The notes beneath the pieces were generated by a model that was not told the origin of the DNA, ran no database searches, and saw only the letters and a program-made list of their open reading frames with translations. A stretch of 64,000 bases of DNA from contig CAIIXF020000001.1 of the NCBI GenBank assembly GCA_903813345.2, forward strand, positions 17,546,001-17,610,000, given 5' to 3'. The translations under genes were made by a program, and so were the position numbers. Within the stretch, counting starts at the first letter, position 1. Each line of letters opens with the position of its first letter. This DNA comes from Owenia fusiformis (taxonomy: Eukaryota). Below, one piece after another: positions 51,101-64,000 of this stretch.

Positions 51101-54100
51101 ATAGACTGAGCCAATATTGATGTAACTTTTCCCAGAACGAATAAAGTTTTCCCGAAGACCACGGTCAACAAGTGGAATAAATACCATTAATTGGATTTTG
51201 ATTTTTGTAGACAGTATCAGTTTCTTATAATCGAGGACGCAAAGAAGGCTATATCTCCCCTAGTACATTTAATTAGTTAAACAACTTTTGACAAGGCGTG
51301 GAGAAACGAGATCTTTGATTTTTTTTATAAAACTGCAAAATTCCCTGCAAAAATCTTGGGATTACAGTATCCATTTACTTTTAGGGTTGAAACTTGTACT
51401 AGATATAGAAGCTGCTGAATATATCGGAGATATGAGTCCAGCGTATGGTGTCCGGGTACTTGTACACAGTCAAGGGGACATGCCCTTCCCAGAGGACCAA
51501 GGTATCACTATTGGTCCTGGTCAAGCAACGGTTATAGGAACTAATATGGTACGAACTACTTCCTTTTAGAGTTTACAATAACAAACAGAATTTACCAAAT
51601 AGGCGGATTACACCAAACCACACCATATCCACTTTCATAATGTTGAGATCCGTTTCATTAATCCGTTTAGTTTTTTGCTCAATTAGTACTTAGTGGCAGT
51701 AGTGGCCACTAGCTGATGTGTACTCTACGGAGATAAAATAAATTGAGTTTTAAATTGTATATATTTTTGGTGTGTTTAGTTAAACATCCAGCTGGCTGGT
51801 GATAAGTACAGCGACTGTACAAACTCCAGTTTCTCTAACGTGAATATAAATGTATATGAAGAGCATTACCCAGGAACAAGCTATACTCAAACCGTAAGTA
51901 ATGAGTAAAATGACAACAAAACGGACCATTTGAATCTGCGGTACTATATTGTACCATATTTCACGGTACTGTACCATATGGGGTCACCATTTGGCTTGTT
52001 TTTGGTACAGTGAACACTGTTAGACTTCTTGTGTACTATTGATGTATTAATCCTTTTTGAACAACCCCAATAATACATTTTTACTTCCGATGGGGCGAGT
52101 GGTTAAAATACGTTTACGTTAAATTTAGGTTAACAATGATTTAAAAGCAGATCTACGGGGAATGGTAAAATTGCAAGCAATCTGTACAGTTGACCTACCA
52201 ATATATTTCTACAATCTCAAATATGATATCTCCTCAAAGATTCACGATATGTTATAAATTGGTGATTCAAAATGCCAAAATGGGAAAAATGTGTAAATTC
52301 TCCCTAATGATACAGGGTGAGCCAAAAAAGGTAACCCAAACAAATGTTAATAACTTAGTCTTTCAGCATGGGTTTAAAATCATAGTTTGCACCATTAAAT
52401 CTTCTTCAATGGTCTTAAGAGTACCAAGTTTCATTGGTCTATTCAAAATTGTCACGATTCTATGGCCATTACAAAACAAGTTCAAAATGCCGGTCTCGCC
52501 TCTGGAGGCAAACTTGAAGGCATCGGGTGAAGTCTTTTGATTACCCGCTCACAGATATCTTGTGTAATGGCTCTTGTTTTCCCTTCTTATCTCTTAATTT
52601 AACTCTATGAGTGATGCTTCAAGGGTAGTTAATACAGAGATTATCTTTGACATTGCCCAAACGATGAAATTCTTTAGGTTCATATCGGCTGATTTTGTAA
52701 TGTTTCGGCATTGGGAAACTCAGCAGAATGAAGGAAGATTGAACAAGGGTCAATTGTGCCAAATATTATTTCAAACTCATGCTGGATGACTAAGTTATTA
52801 ACCTGTGAACATATGTTTTGGTTACCTTTTTGGATATCACGCTGTAAAAAATGGTAACCATATTTATAGAAAAACTTAGCATTATCGTAAAAATCGTTAG
52901 TTTTCCTTTTTATCCCTTACGTTCGTTTATTTACGTTGTAGGCATGCATGAAGACTTGTTATCAGTCACACTTACTATCGGGGTGTCAATGTGGCGACCC
53001 AAGCGTTCCCCTGGATGGGAAAGCTTTCCCGTCAGCATTCCACACCGAACCTGCAACCTCGTGCAACTCGGATAACCAGGCACAAGGTAAGTGGGTAATT
53101 AGCATTAATCACAACGAAGTTTCTTTCATACAAAGGGCCATTGTATCTGATTCTACTGTTTTCATACATATGTATCTAGACAAGATGTGTCAACTCCTTG
53201 AAAAATATTCTTTGAAGTAATTTCGCATCGAATAAAAATGTATGAAATGAATTTGAATTTGACTTGAATGCATTGTGGTTGATTCATTCCGCCCAGGCGT
53301 TGCTTTCTAAATTCTTGCTGCACAGCCATGCAAATATATTTGAAAACAATACCTTAGTTAAATGTTTCAACAACACTGCGTTGAGTCAAGGGCTTTAATC
53401 CTTATAAACATTTTATTATGATGTATCAATGATTCTTAAGAGTGACAAAGATAAATACCTTCTTAGTGTTCCATGTAGCCGTCAGAGGCCTAGTATAATG
53501 AGAAAATGATATCCTCTGTTTTCCCAGCTATATGTATGATGCGACATCTATTCAAACATTAATTGACAAATCTGGGGATATCATCGTTTCCCCAAATTGA
53601 AAAATGAGTGACTTTTGATGAAAAAAGTAATTTGTAATGATCTAAGTGTTACCTCAAATTTGGGAGCAATAAGGCATATACATTATTCTTTATTTGTTTA
53701 TTTAGTTACATGTGAAGAGAATACATATGCATCGTACGTCAATGGATCGTTAAGCTGTACGTGTTATCCCGAATGCAATCAGACCACCTTCGAAGCTCAC
53801 GTGTCGTCGACGTTATGGCCAACCGACCAATATATCTCTCGACTCATACAGGACCTCAGTCCTAAGTTAAACCAATACACAAACGATAGCGCTGGATTGA
53901 GGAAGAATGTTGCACATTTGCAAGTTTATTATGAGGAACTAAACTTGCAAATGATCCAAGAGCAACCTTCATATTCGGTAAATTGTCACATCAATTAGTA
54001 TTTTAAAGAATCAATTGGCTGTTTTCATGGAAGGGATAGTTTTGTTTAAATAACGTTTTCATTGCATGGAACTAGCAAACTATGTCACAATTTTGTTGCA

Positions 54101-54585
54101 ATTCAATTATACTATTACTGACTTGGAGTTAAAGCACCAGTTAAAATGAGTTTTTAGTAAAAACCTCACACAAGCTCAAAAAGCTGTAATAAGACAGTGG
54201 TTCATTTACAACTTCGACTAATAGAAATTAAGCTTGATCCAAAATACTTTTTATATTACAAAACACTTTAACGATTCCTTTGTTGCATATGAGCTGAAAA
54301 GTCATTCTTCGGAAGTTTATGATCGTTGGATGTCATCAAGTGATAGTATTAGAGAGATTGTTTGTACTGAACATTAAATTCCTGTTCCCTTTTCAGACGG
54401 TTCAGTTTGCGTCAGACGTAGGGGGAACAGTAGGACTTTATGTAGGAGCATCATTACTGACTGCATTTGAATTCGGAGAATTCTTTTTAGACTTATTAGT
54501 TTATTTCATAAGGAAACCATTCCATAAAAACAAAGTGAGCGAAGTTAAAATGGAGCAGACGAAATCGAACGTCCAGTTTAGCTGA
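48116..54585 (+). CDS. DEG/ENaC (amiloride-sensitive sodium channel family) subunit, 9 exons, about 534 aa
   Basis: Exons 48116-48308, 48517-48771, 48978-49146, 50813-50916, 51385-51548, 51780-51893, 52942-53086, 53706-53977, 54397-54585; total 1605 nt in frame. Motifs: TSAHG, TM1, FPAVTICNVN, YGNCFTFN, GLKLVL, GVRVLVH, Cys-rich thumb, SDVGGTVGLYVGASLLT (GAS filter). Confidence 0.93.
50055..50721. mobile_element. PIF/Harbinger-like MITE in DEG/ENaC intron 3
   Basis: taacaccccagtcacattt...aaatgtgactggggtgtta TIRs; GC-rich subterminal ctgcgg/ctacg repeats. Confidence 0.75.
52311..52846. mobile_element. Tc1/mariner-type non-autonomous element
   Basis: TA|CAGGGTGAGCCAAAAAAGGTAACC ... GGTTACCTTTTTGGATATCACGCTG|TA. 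Confidence 0.7.
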
Positions 54586-55315
54586 GATGCAGCGTGATAT
54601 GTGTGGATCACATTGGAGGCGCAGGTGCGTTTGAAGAAGGGCAAAACGTGCGAGAATAGATTAAACGTTGTGCATTGCCAGAAGCAGTTTTACGCTGGAG
54701 AGGAGTATTTTTGGCCAGTTTACTGTTTACGAAAAAACAATAAACACCATATTATAGTGCATATTGATTAAAAAAACACCCGAATAAGATCGCTAAATAC
54801 TTTTATGAAAGGTATTCAATACATAAACATTTATGTGGACCCCAAAGTTCTCTGGCATATCCAAGTATTTCGACTCTTGACTAGAGTATTCCAATATTTT
54901 ACTTAATATACTCGATAGATGTCTACTTTGTAAATACTCCTCTCCATTGTTGCCGTATTAAATTGGCAGCACAATCCCTATCCGTTGCATTCGTTCGACT
55001 TCAAAGACAGCTTCCTCGCAGATGACGACTTATATCATAGTCAATAGCCTAGTCTCTTATTTTCACTATAAAAATACATATCGTCGCATGAGAATAACTT
55101 TGTACTATCTCACATTTTTACGCAACTGAGAAATCAAGGTTTGAAAGTTTAGAGGTCTGTATCTTACTTAGTATTGCTATGTGAAACTTGATTTTTTGTA
55201 TGTCACCTGGTCTCACCCTAGAGATATCTTATATGAAATGTCATACCTTGAAACAATTTACAAGATCCTTTTTTAAAACTATGGAAATGGAGTTGATACA
55301 ATTTCCCACTGGAAT

Positions 55316-57140
55316 AACAGCTTATTTCTAATTTCAAATTGTCATATCTGATATCAACTGTTTCAACCAATCAGCTCTCTAAGAATTGGTCATGTGACTT
55401 GCAAAACTTGGAGTTGTAACAATCTTATATTAAAACGAAGTATGCCAATATGCATGTTATTGTATCTAGTATGAAAAATAATGTTTTGCTTTGTAAAAAA
55501 ATCTTCAAAAAAACAAAGAATATTATTTAATAAAATAAAGAAAATTCAATTTATAAAACTTTAAAATCAATTTCTCAAATAAGTACAATTATTTCTTAAT
55601 TTTGGAATCTCAGGACACCCTTCAAAAAGAATTTATTGCCTTTGAAACTAAGGCAAAAGTACAATGCCTTGAAACCAATGATGCCAATACGGTCCCCCAC
55701 ATATTTCCCTCGGTATAAACCCTGTAGCCTAAACCTCCCACCACATTACAATGTAGGCCCTAAGGGCCGGTCCGCTGGTCATTATCAGGTTATTTTTGAT
55801 ACAGACCAGTTGAATCTTTCACTGGGTATAGGAGAATAACATTGCAACTGGTCCGTAATTCCATTTTGACCAGCATAGGTTTCAGATCCTTAGGGCCTAA
55901 GACATAACCAATTTTTATTACATGCACATGGAAGAAATTTGAAAATAGAAAAATAATTTCTAATTAATGTTAGATTAATGAAAGTGATGAAACCTCGATT
56001 TAGGTAATAATATTTTGTTCATTGGGATGCAGCTATCATTATCCATTCATTTTCTGTTGTTTGCTACTCTGTGGAGTACAATTGGGAATTCTCTCAGCAA
56101 TTGTAGAAGTGGAGACTAAGAGTGGCTCTTTGTAAAGAAATTGAACCAATTTGTTACTTTTCCAAAGTAAAATGTAGATGATCTAAAAACAATGATCCCA
56201 AAAAATGCAAAAGAAAGGACAAATCTGAAAAACATACTAGTAAATAACTAAAAAGATCCCAGATGTTCAGTGAAAATTCCAAAGTAAATCATAGATGAAG
56301 AGAAAATAAAATAAGTGTTTTAAGGGACTATACTAACATAAAGATAACTCCTTATTGATATAGTGTATGGTCAGTAAAAGTTAAAGCTAGTTTAAATAGA
56401 TTTAGCTTTTTTTCCACAAACTATAAAACATCATTTTGAAAGAGATTTCAATAGTATACAGACAGTGATTGCCTTTGAGCGATGTAGTGCAAAATATGAC
56501 AGTTACTATTTGTTTTGATTACTATATCTAGTATATAACCTATTATAGTTCTATTTGAAGAAACAAATAAGTAGTCTTTCATTTTCAACATTTAATGATG
56601 ACTGCTTCGTATATATGCATTTCTATTGCATTTGGCCATTCAAACCCCTATAAGACCTGGTAGCAAGGAAGATAAAGGGTACTTTTGACTGCTCACATGA
56701 TCTAATTAACTGGTCATTTGTACTTTTCATCTTCCCTGGTAGCAAGGATTTAGGTTTTCGAGGAAATTAGTAATTCTATTTCATATCATGTGGCCATGAA
56801 TATCAATAATCCAATGAGCATCCATAATACAAAGAGTAATTGAGGGCATATAATTTGAATATGCATGGGATTACACATACTGTATCATTTTATTTTTTGA
56901 TCTACTTGTAATAGTTCTAAAACTAAAACATGAAAGGCCAGGCATGCAAACTGTCTTGGTTTTGTGTTACAAAACATTATTTCATTCTAGATACAATAAC
57001 ATGCATATTGGCATACTTCGTTTTAATATAAGATTGTTATAACTCCAAGTTTTGCAAGTCACATGACCAATTCTTAGAGAGTTGATTGGTTGAAACAGTT
57101 GATATCAGATATGACAATTTGAAATTAGAAATAAGCTGTT
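55316..57140. mobile_element. 1.8-kb non-autonomous element with near-perfect TIRs of about 153 bp
   Basis: 55316-55468 is the reverse complement of about 56987-57140 with few mismatches; no ORF inside. Confidence 0.85.
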
Positions 57141-57827
57141 TGTCTGGAGATGGTACAATTTCACACTGAATTCTAGCTTAATGAGGGGGAATTGAGATGG
57201 GGCATGTATCTGAGATGAAAGCCTGTGTTTCAAATAGTAAAATTCCATGTCTATCTCAATTTTTTGGAAAATGGCAGTTAGTACAAAGTTATTCTCACGC
57301 GACGATATTTACATGCATATGTATAGTACCAGCTAATAAGACGAAAATATATACATTATATTTGGCCCCTAGTGTTCTTGGCTACCATTGAAATATTCTA
57401 ACTTGGCCAAAATATTTAATTTATTTAATTGAGTGCCCTTAATAGATGTCTACTTTAATTCGAAAGACGACCCTTGTCCTCTTGTTTACTTTACTAACTT
57501 ATTTATGATCAGAAACAAAGGAGAAGTGTAAATAATACCATTTTAAGATCAACCTGATTTTCCATTTTCTATTTCATTAATTTACATGATATGGTATTTC
57601 ATTTGCCTTACCATGTTTTGTGCCCATGAGTAAAATGCTGCTTCGGTTATGATTACTTCTAATATTTTTGGACTTGTTCATGGTAATCGTCATTTACATT
57701 TACAGGGTTACACAAAAATGTTACCTGATACCTGAATTTACGTGACCTAATATACTAATATACCTTTAGGGATTAGTTCTCCTCTTAAAAATATTTACTT
57801 GTCCCATAGTGTATAGGTATAAATATG

Positions 57828-58611
57828 ATATATTGGGTGTCCCAATAAAAACGTCACACTTTTTGACAAGAATTTTCTCAGCAATTACTACCTCAAATTT
57901 ATTGAAAATTTCGATAAAGTAGCCCTAGCAAGTTGTACAAATATGATAGAAATCGGTCACACATTATGTAGGATTGACTAATTCAAAAATACATATCAAA
58001 AAATCCAATATTAGAGCTTGCACAATGACACTTTCATAGCATTTGTGCTTTCCAGTATCAGGTGATAAAATGGTCATTCTGTTGTAGTCTTAAAACATCT
58101 TGTCTGTGGGTCGTTTATTATTTGTTTCATTGTTCTCTGTTTTTTGAAATACATTCTGTCCAAAATTTCAGTATTGAGGGATAAACAATGCCTCTAAGTG
58201 ATAGGCGATAAGGCTATACCATTGAAAACTGTGTTTTAAGGTGAAAGGTTTGTGTGGAAGATCAATCGTAAAAGAATTAAGGGCTGGAGTTAGAGTCATG
58301 TTACTGTAAACTTATGAGCATTCGACATTCATAAAAAGACAGTATAATTATGGAATGGGAGGCGATATCAATGGAAAAATACACAAAAGCTGTTTTTAAA
58401 AAACAGCTTTTTTCAGACTGAAACAAGTGGCAATTCCATTGATTTTTTACATGCATTTTTGAATTTGTTAATTCTCACATGATATGTAAAATATTTCTAT
58501 TATACTTCTACACCTTGCTTATAATATCCTAAGGCTACTTTATAGAGCCAGTAATTGCTGAGAAAATTCTTGTCAAAAAGTGAGACGTTTTTATTGGGAC
58601 ACCCGATATAT
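57828..58611. mobile_element. Tc1/mariner-type non-autonomous element
   Basis: gggtgtcccaataaaaacgtcacactttttgacaagaattttctcagcaattact is inverted at about 58550-58605; TA-rich flanks. Confidence 0.8.
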
Positions 58612-59003
58612 AAATTACCTCTTGTAGTCCATATCTTTAAAATAGTAATAGATTGATCATCTAGCACTCTTGAAAACGAAGTTAATCTGATTTAATTAAA
58701 GGTTGGTCGATATTTTTCTGAACCCACTTAGAGCACTCTGTATGAGGAAATAAACAGTTAATTAAACAGAAGAATTAATTTATTAGTATAAATTTCATAT
58801 TTTACATCGTATTTTGCATAATTACATTTGTATAAATAACTAAAAGTTAACACTTCAATTAAGTTGTTGTTATAAAATGTGAGGTATTCAAAGCAGGCTT
58901 CTCATTTCAGATCAGGACCCGTATCAAAACACTGCGTGTCATTTACCTTATTTGGACTTAACAGTTTTTGTAATAATATACATATATATCATTTATATAC
59001 ATT

Positions 59004-61367
59004 TCATTCTTTTAAAAGAGCAAACAAACATGAGCATAACACGATTAACAGTGAAATGTTTGGAAAAACTACATTTCCGGTTCCTGTAGGGTCAGTTGTT
59101 TCTGGTTCAGGGCTTTGAGTAGGTAGAGTGTATACGGGCAGATCTGTAGGACAAGCCTCGTCCCACTGAATGTCCATTCCCTCATTCTGTTTCTCAAGCC
59201 ACGTTATCAGTGGCTGGAAATATTCGATTATAGCTCCAGCGTCCATTGTTGTGTTCCCAGTTACTTTCTCCATGGCAACTGCCCATGGCTTAGACGAGCC
59301 TAAACTCAACATATCACTGAAACATGAAGAAATGATTTGAATTATAAATGCCAATCATACCAACATTCACAAATAGTCATATAAGTACTTTATGTGACAA
59401 GTTGGCCTCTGTAACATCAACGATGGCATGGTTCTGTTTTAATCAGTTTGTTATAGTTTAACATCAAGTCTTCATGATGGAACAGTAACCCCATATTTTT
59501 CTCGTCAAATGTAGTCGTCGGGACAATGGACTTGATTCTTAAGTTTAATTACATTGTTAATTTCTGATTTTAATGAATATGTTCGAGAAATTAATTAACA
59601 AATATTTCTACTTATATATTTCTGTTAGTATTGTTAGAAATAGTGAGTAACTTCTATATCTAGTACAAAAATATTAATAAACATCTAGGACTGTTTAAGG
59701 CCCATCATGTTGCACTCTAAAAATAATATAAAACTCTGGAAATAATATAAGACAAAGGAAAGAATTCTAAAGACAATACACAGAATTTCTGCTAGTATAA
59801 GATTACACACAGCACCAAAAGTTGACATGATGCAGGAAACCCAAAGGCATTTTGCTTGTAGACTAGTAACTGCAAGATAAGCAATTGCTTCTGGTGTAAC
59901 CCCTAAATCAACAGTCGCATGTGCATTGTTAGCATCAGTGCATTCACATCCACATTGCAAACCATTTACATCCAGTTACATTACATTCAGTAAGAAAGGG
60001 GATACCAGACATGTGCCACTCATTAAACAAAATAATGGAAAGTACAACAAATATGACAACGCTGGCATACACAATCCTAATATACACGAAACATGCATGA
60101 CATCAACGCACCCTAATTTTGCACCCGCTAGTTTAGATTTGTATATATCACACTTGTACAATGGACCCATATGGCCTGCATCCTTGCATAGAGCTTGGTG
60201 AAATTGAAACTGGATAATAAAGCTTACAAAATACCTGGAATAAAAAGGAGTGAGAGAATAAGTGAGAAAGAAAGTAAGGTGAAGCAATAAATACTGAAAT
60301 AGGCATGTTGTTGTTAGTATTTGTCGTGTCGACCAAGGACTTGATGGTAGGTATAGCATGTTCTCATATGGCTGATGATACAAATATGATTTGTGAAGAT
60401 CCTAGGTTTTTCCATTGAGGTATATTTGAGGTAGTTCCAAAACATGCAAGGACCTCTATGATAGAGTACCATGATACATGCTAGACATTCCAACATTCCT
60501 ATTGTCGAAGGTAAGCAGTTTTTGATCTTGTGTTACTTTGGTTTGTTATCCATAGAAAGAAGAAAGGTATCCCAGACCATCCCTAACATCTGTGCAGCTA
60601 ACAGACTAAGTAAGTACGGTCAACGAGAACGCTGAAAAGCAGGTTATACCGCAGCTTATTTAGCTAGATCGACTGATTTGTCAAGGATACAGTTGAATAG
60701 AAAACAAACTGCAAAAATCCAGTTATCACCGCCACTTGAGCCTACATGAGAAGGAGAATAGACTTCATTACATCATCTAAATTATTTTGTTAAAAGTGAA
60801 GACTTGGGACAGTACAACATATATGTTGGAATCAGGTGCACCGTTTGGAAGATGGAAAGGCCAAAGCAAATGCTTGGAACAGGTTCCCAAGACTCTCTAA
60901 TTGTCTTACCCCAGCTTAGTTCCGGCGTCATTTGAATTATAAATGTCACATTTGTAGAGTGGTCCAGTTTGATTGGCTGCCTCACATAAAGCTTGGTGGA
61001 ATTGAAACTGGGTGACTTCGCTTATAAAGTACCTAAGACAGCAGTGGTAAATTAATTATAAAATGCAAAATATAACTAAATGGCTGTTGGTCTATTGAGG
61101 AATCCGTGTCACCCGGGAGAAACTTCAGCCTTGGGATCAGCATTTATTAACCGCCGGGTAGGCAGGAACAGGAACACTGAAAGAAATTCAAGCAAAGCAC
61201 ACAATGCAGTATGTGCATATTCCCATTTCATATGTAATATTTACCTCAGCTTGTTGCCGGCCACGTGTGAATTATAAATGTCACATTTGTAGAGTGGTCC
61301 AGTTTGATTAGCTGCCTCACACAAAGCTTGGTGGAATTGGAACTGTATGACATAGCTTACAAAGTAC
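59004..61367 (-). CDS. ACE: 3' part of an angiotensin-converting-enzyme-like peptidase (family M2); upstream exons are not in the window
   Basis: Terminal exon 59316-59004 encodes [11 protein letters not shown]...[21 protein letters not shown], a Ser/Thr/Pro stalk and a hydrophobic tail. Three 123-nt exons of the type RYF.S...QFQFHQALC...GPLYKCDIY lie at 60234-60112, 61032-60910 and 61367-61245. Confidence 0.9.
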
Positions 61368-61809
61368 CTAAGATAACGTGTTATTCATCAAATATGCGTC
61401 AGATACAATATTTCAACTAATTACTAAATTCTAGTTCTAACATAAAAAGTAAATCTATACATAATAAATACCATATATGATATGATATCACAACTTCGAT
61501 CACAATTCAGGCCGATGAAGTTAGATCTACTCATTAGCTTCTAGTTTTCATTTCAATTGTATGTCTCACCAGTCACCATACTTGATGCTCATGAATTAAT
61601 ATATAATCATTAGTGTCTAATGTTAACTTCAATTGTAGATTCACACATGACTTTGGCCTTATATGATGTGTATATATAGTTTGATCTACTAATTATTAGC
61701 TCCTACTTCAAGCTACAGAAGCACAAGTTAATATAGAAAGAACATGGGTCAGCATCAAATGATGTATAATGATCCTGATTACATCCAAATCTACGAACAT
61801 TATTATGAT

Positions 61810-63776
61810 TTTTTTTCTCAGTTTATTTATTTCAATTTCCTTGATATTGATATACAAAAGTATGCCTTTGTTAACTTAATAACATTATCGGCATAGTAAA
61901 TATTAAAAATATAATACAGGAAATACAAAATACAAAAACCACGTAGTATGTTCAGTCTATATGTATGCTTGCTCCCCATCCCACCCATAAGGTTCCCAAA
62001 GGAATTTAGAATGTTTCACTGGCTCTTTAAAACTGTGATTGCTGTTGAGACATAGTGAGCCACGATTTCAATAATTTTGCTATTCATCACATCACTAAGG
62101 TTGGTATCCCCATACAAAAGTGTATCTGATTTCTTAGAGATTGTTAAATTTCTGAAATCTGGCAGACATTCCAGTTCGTCGAGTCCTGCAAGAAGCAATT
62201 CCCTTTCATTTATGAGCAGTGGACATTTGATTAGAAAATGAGAAGTGGTTTGATGAGCTGCACCACATGGACATTTGGGATCATTAATTGTGGTAAAATT
62301 GTGGGCATGTAAATGGCTATTAAGCAAGAGTCCAGCTCTAAGTCTGTTGAAAGTAATTTCAGTTTGTCTTGGCATAGTGTACTCCATTTTGGATGTGGGT
62401 AAGGATACATGGCTCCTTTGCTTCCTGACTGATCTTTTAAATCTTGAGATTGGCTGCCCAACTCGGATAGTTGGTGGAAGCCCATTCCAAGCTGAGATGG
62501 CACTAAAGATTGTAGATTTTTTGGTTGAGACACTAGTATGTAATGGAATCTGATAATCTGGCTGATCTCTCAGCCTTCTAGTGTGAACAATTTCATAAGT
62601 TCTCACCACATCACAGATGAAGGGAGGTAAAGCATTAAAGCGTGCCTTAAAAATAAAATTTTTTAAGTGCTCATCTCTTCTCGATGCCAGCTTTTTCCAA
62701 TTTAGAGAAGAAAGTACCTTATCAGTATTTGACCCATGAATAGCACCTGAAACTAGGCAGGCTGCTCTATAGTGCAGACTTTCGAGAGCTTGGAGCTTAA
62801 GAGCTGATGCTTTATTGTAAATTATGTCACAGTAATCTAAGTGGGGTATGAAGTAAGCATTGTAAATTGTTTCAAGATGTTTGCTTGATAACTTTTTACT
62901 AAGAGCCTTCAATGGCCTCATTAAAATTGTCAATTTGTTAATCAGTTGGTCAATGTGGGCATTAAAGTTTAAGTGTTTATCTAACACTATTCCTAAGTGC
63001 TTATGGGTATCTGTCATTGGTATTTGCTAATTTCCTAAAGTTAATGATGGTTGAGCTGCTAATTGGGTTCTTTGGCCATAAAAGGTTAGATCAGCACTTT
63101 TTTGGGCTTTAAATTGCATGCGCCAAGTGGTTGCCCATTGGTTAAGATTGTTCAGATCTTGTTGAAGGGGTTGATTTAAATTCAATAGCATGTCAGAGTT
63201 TCTGTCATAGGCATCATAAAGTGACGTATCATCAGCAAAAAATAAAAGCTTTGGAGTTTAAGTTGTCAGGTAAATCGTTAATATATATTAAAAAAAGTAG
63301 GGGACCCAAAACAGAACCTTGGGGAACACCGGCATTTATAATGTATTGGGGTTTATTGGGATTATTGACCGGATTGTTGTTGTTACCAATTAATTCAGGA
63401 TCAGAGGACCAATCGGAAAGGCAGTTATTAATACGCACTTTAACCCTTCTGTCTTTAAGATAGGAGGTCATTAATAGAATAATTTCATTGCTACATCCGT
63501 ATGCTTTAAGTTTTTTTATTAAGAGTTTGTGGGGTACCAAATCAAATGCAGACGTCAGGTCTAAAAATATTGAACGGACATTTTTCTGTTGATCAACATT
63601 AGTTTGTATATCATGAACAATGTTGATCAGTTGATTCACCGTATTGTGTTGTGGTAAAAAACCACTTTGAAATTTATACAAGAGATTATTATCCAGTAAA
63701 TGAAGAAGGAGTCTGTTGTGGATTATTTTTTCTAATACTTTGGATAGTGAGCATAGTAATGTAACTGGTCTATATG
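61810..63776 (-). mobile_element. 5'-truncated, inactivated LINE (CR1/L2-group-like RT) in an ACE intron, sense to the gene
   Basis: Motifs YRPVTLLCSLSKVLEKII, QSGF, FLDLTSAFDLV, GVPQGSVLGPLLFLIYIND. There is a frameshift in an A-run just before FADD (about 63237-63243) and an in-frame TAG at about 63027. C-terminal CPCG..QTTSHFLIKC, AATAAA plus A-tail at about 61810-61830, and a possible TSD tatgat. Confidence 0.92.
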
Positions 63777-64000
63777 ATCATGTCTGATACTCATAAAGTT
63801 AAACTTAAAATCTTAATCATAATAGGTGTAACCTAGATGAATATGATCTACAGTGTATACAGAGAGTGCTATCCCTTTTTATAACATCACTAATTTTATC
63901 ATAACTATCATAACGGTTATTTGATTACCTGATGTAAGGCGTGTTTCCAGGTATATGGTATTTGGCACCTGGATCAAAATCGTCTTCTGTTCTTTGTACA

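Overview
AT-rich, intron-rich animal genomic DNA; a marine invertebrate such as a lophotrochozoan is my inference. Five complete spliced genes and one partial gene were reconstructed by hand. They are HACD (+, 2924-10952), STT3A (-, 20652-11930, with a U12-type minor intron), COPS5 (-, 31661-25353), an unusual channel-less glutamate-receptor ligand-binding-domain gene (-, 43979-36363), a DEG/ENaC subunit (+, 48116-54585) and the 3' end of an ACE-family peptidase (-). The most striking feature is the 355-aa iGluR-derived protein: signal peptide, His-rich tract, S1 and S2 fused inside one exon, a second His-rich tract and a GPI-type tail. It looks like a natural S1S2 binding protein with no pore. 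Second is a set of three tandem, same-phase 123-nt variants of the ACE active-site exon, which are candidate mutually exclusive exons. Introns and intergenic DNA carry a DIRS1-like retroelement with intact ITR/ICR, decayed LINEs, Tc1/mariner remnants and many MITE/foldback elements. All calls come from reading the sequence; no database search was run.
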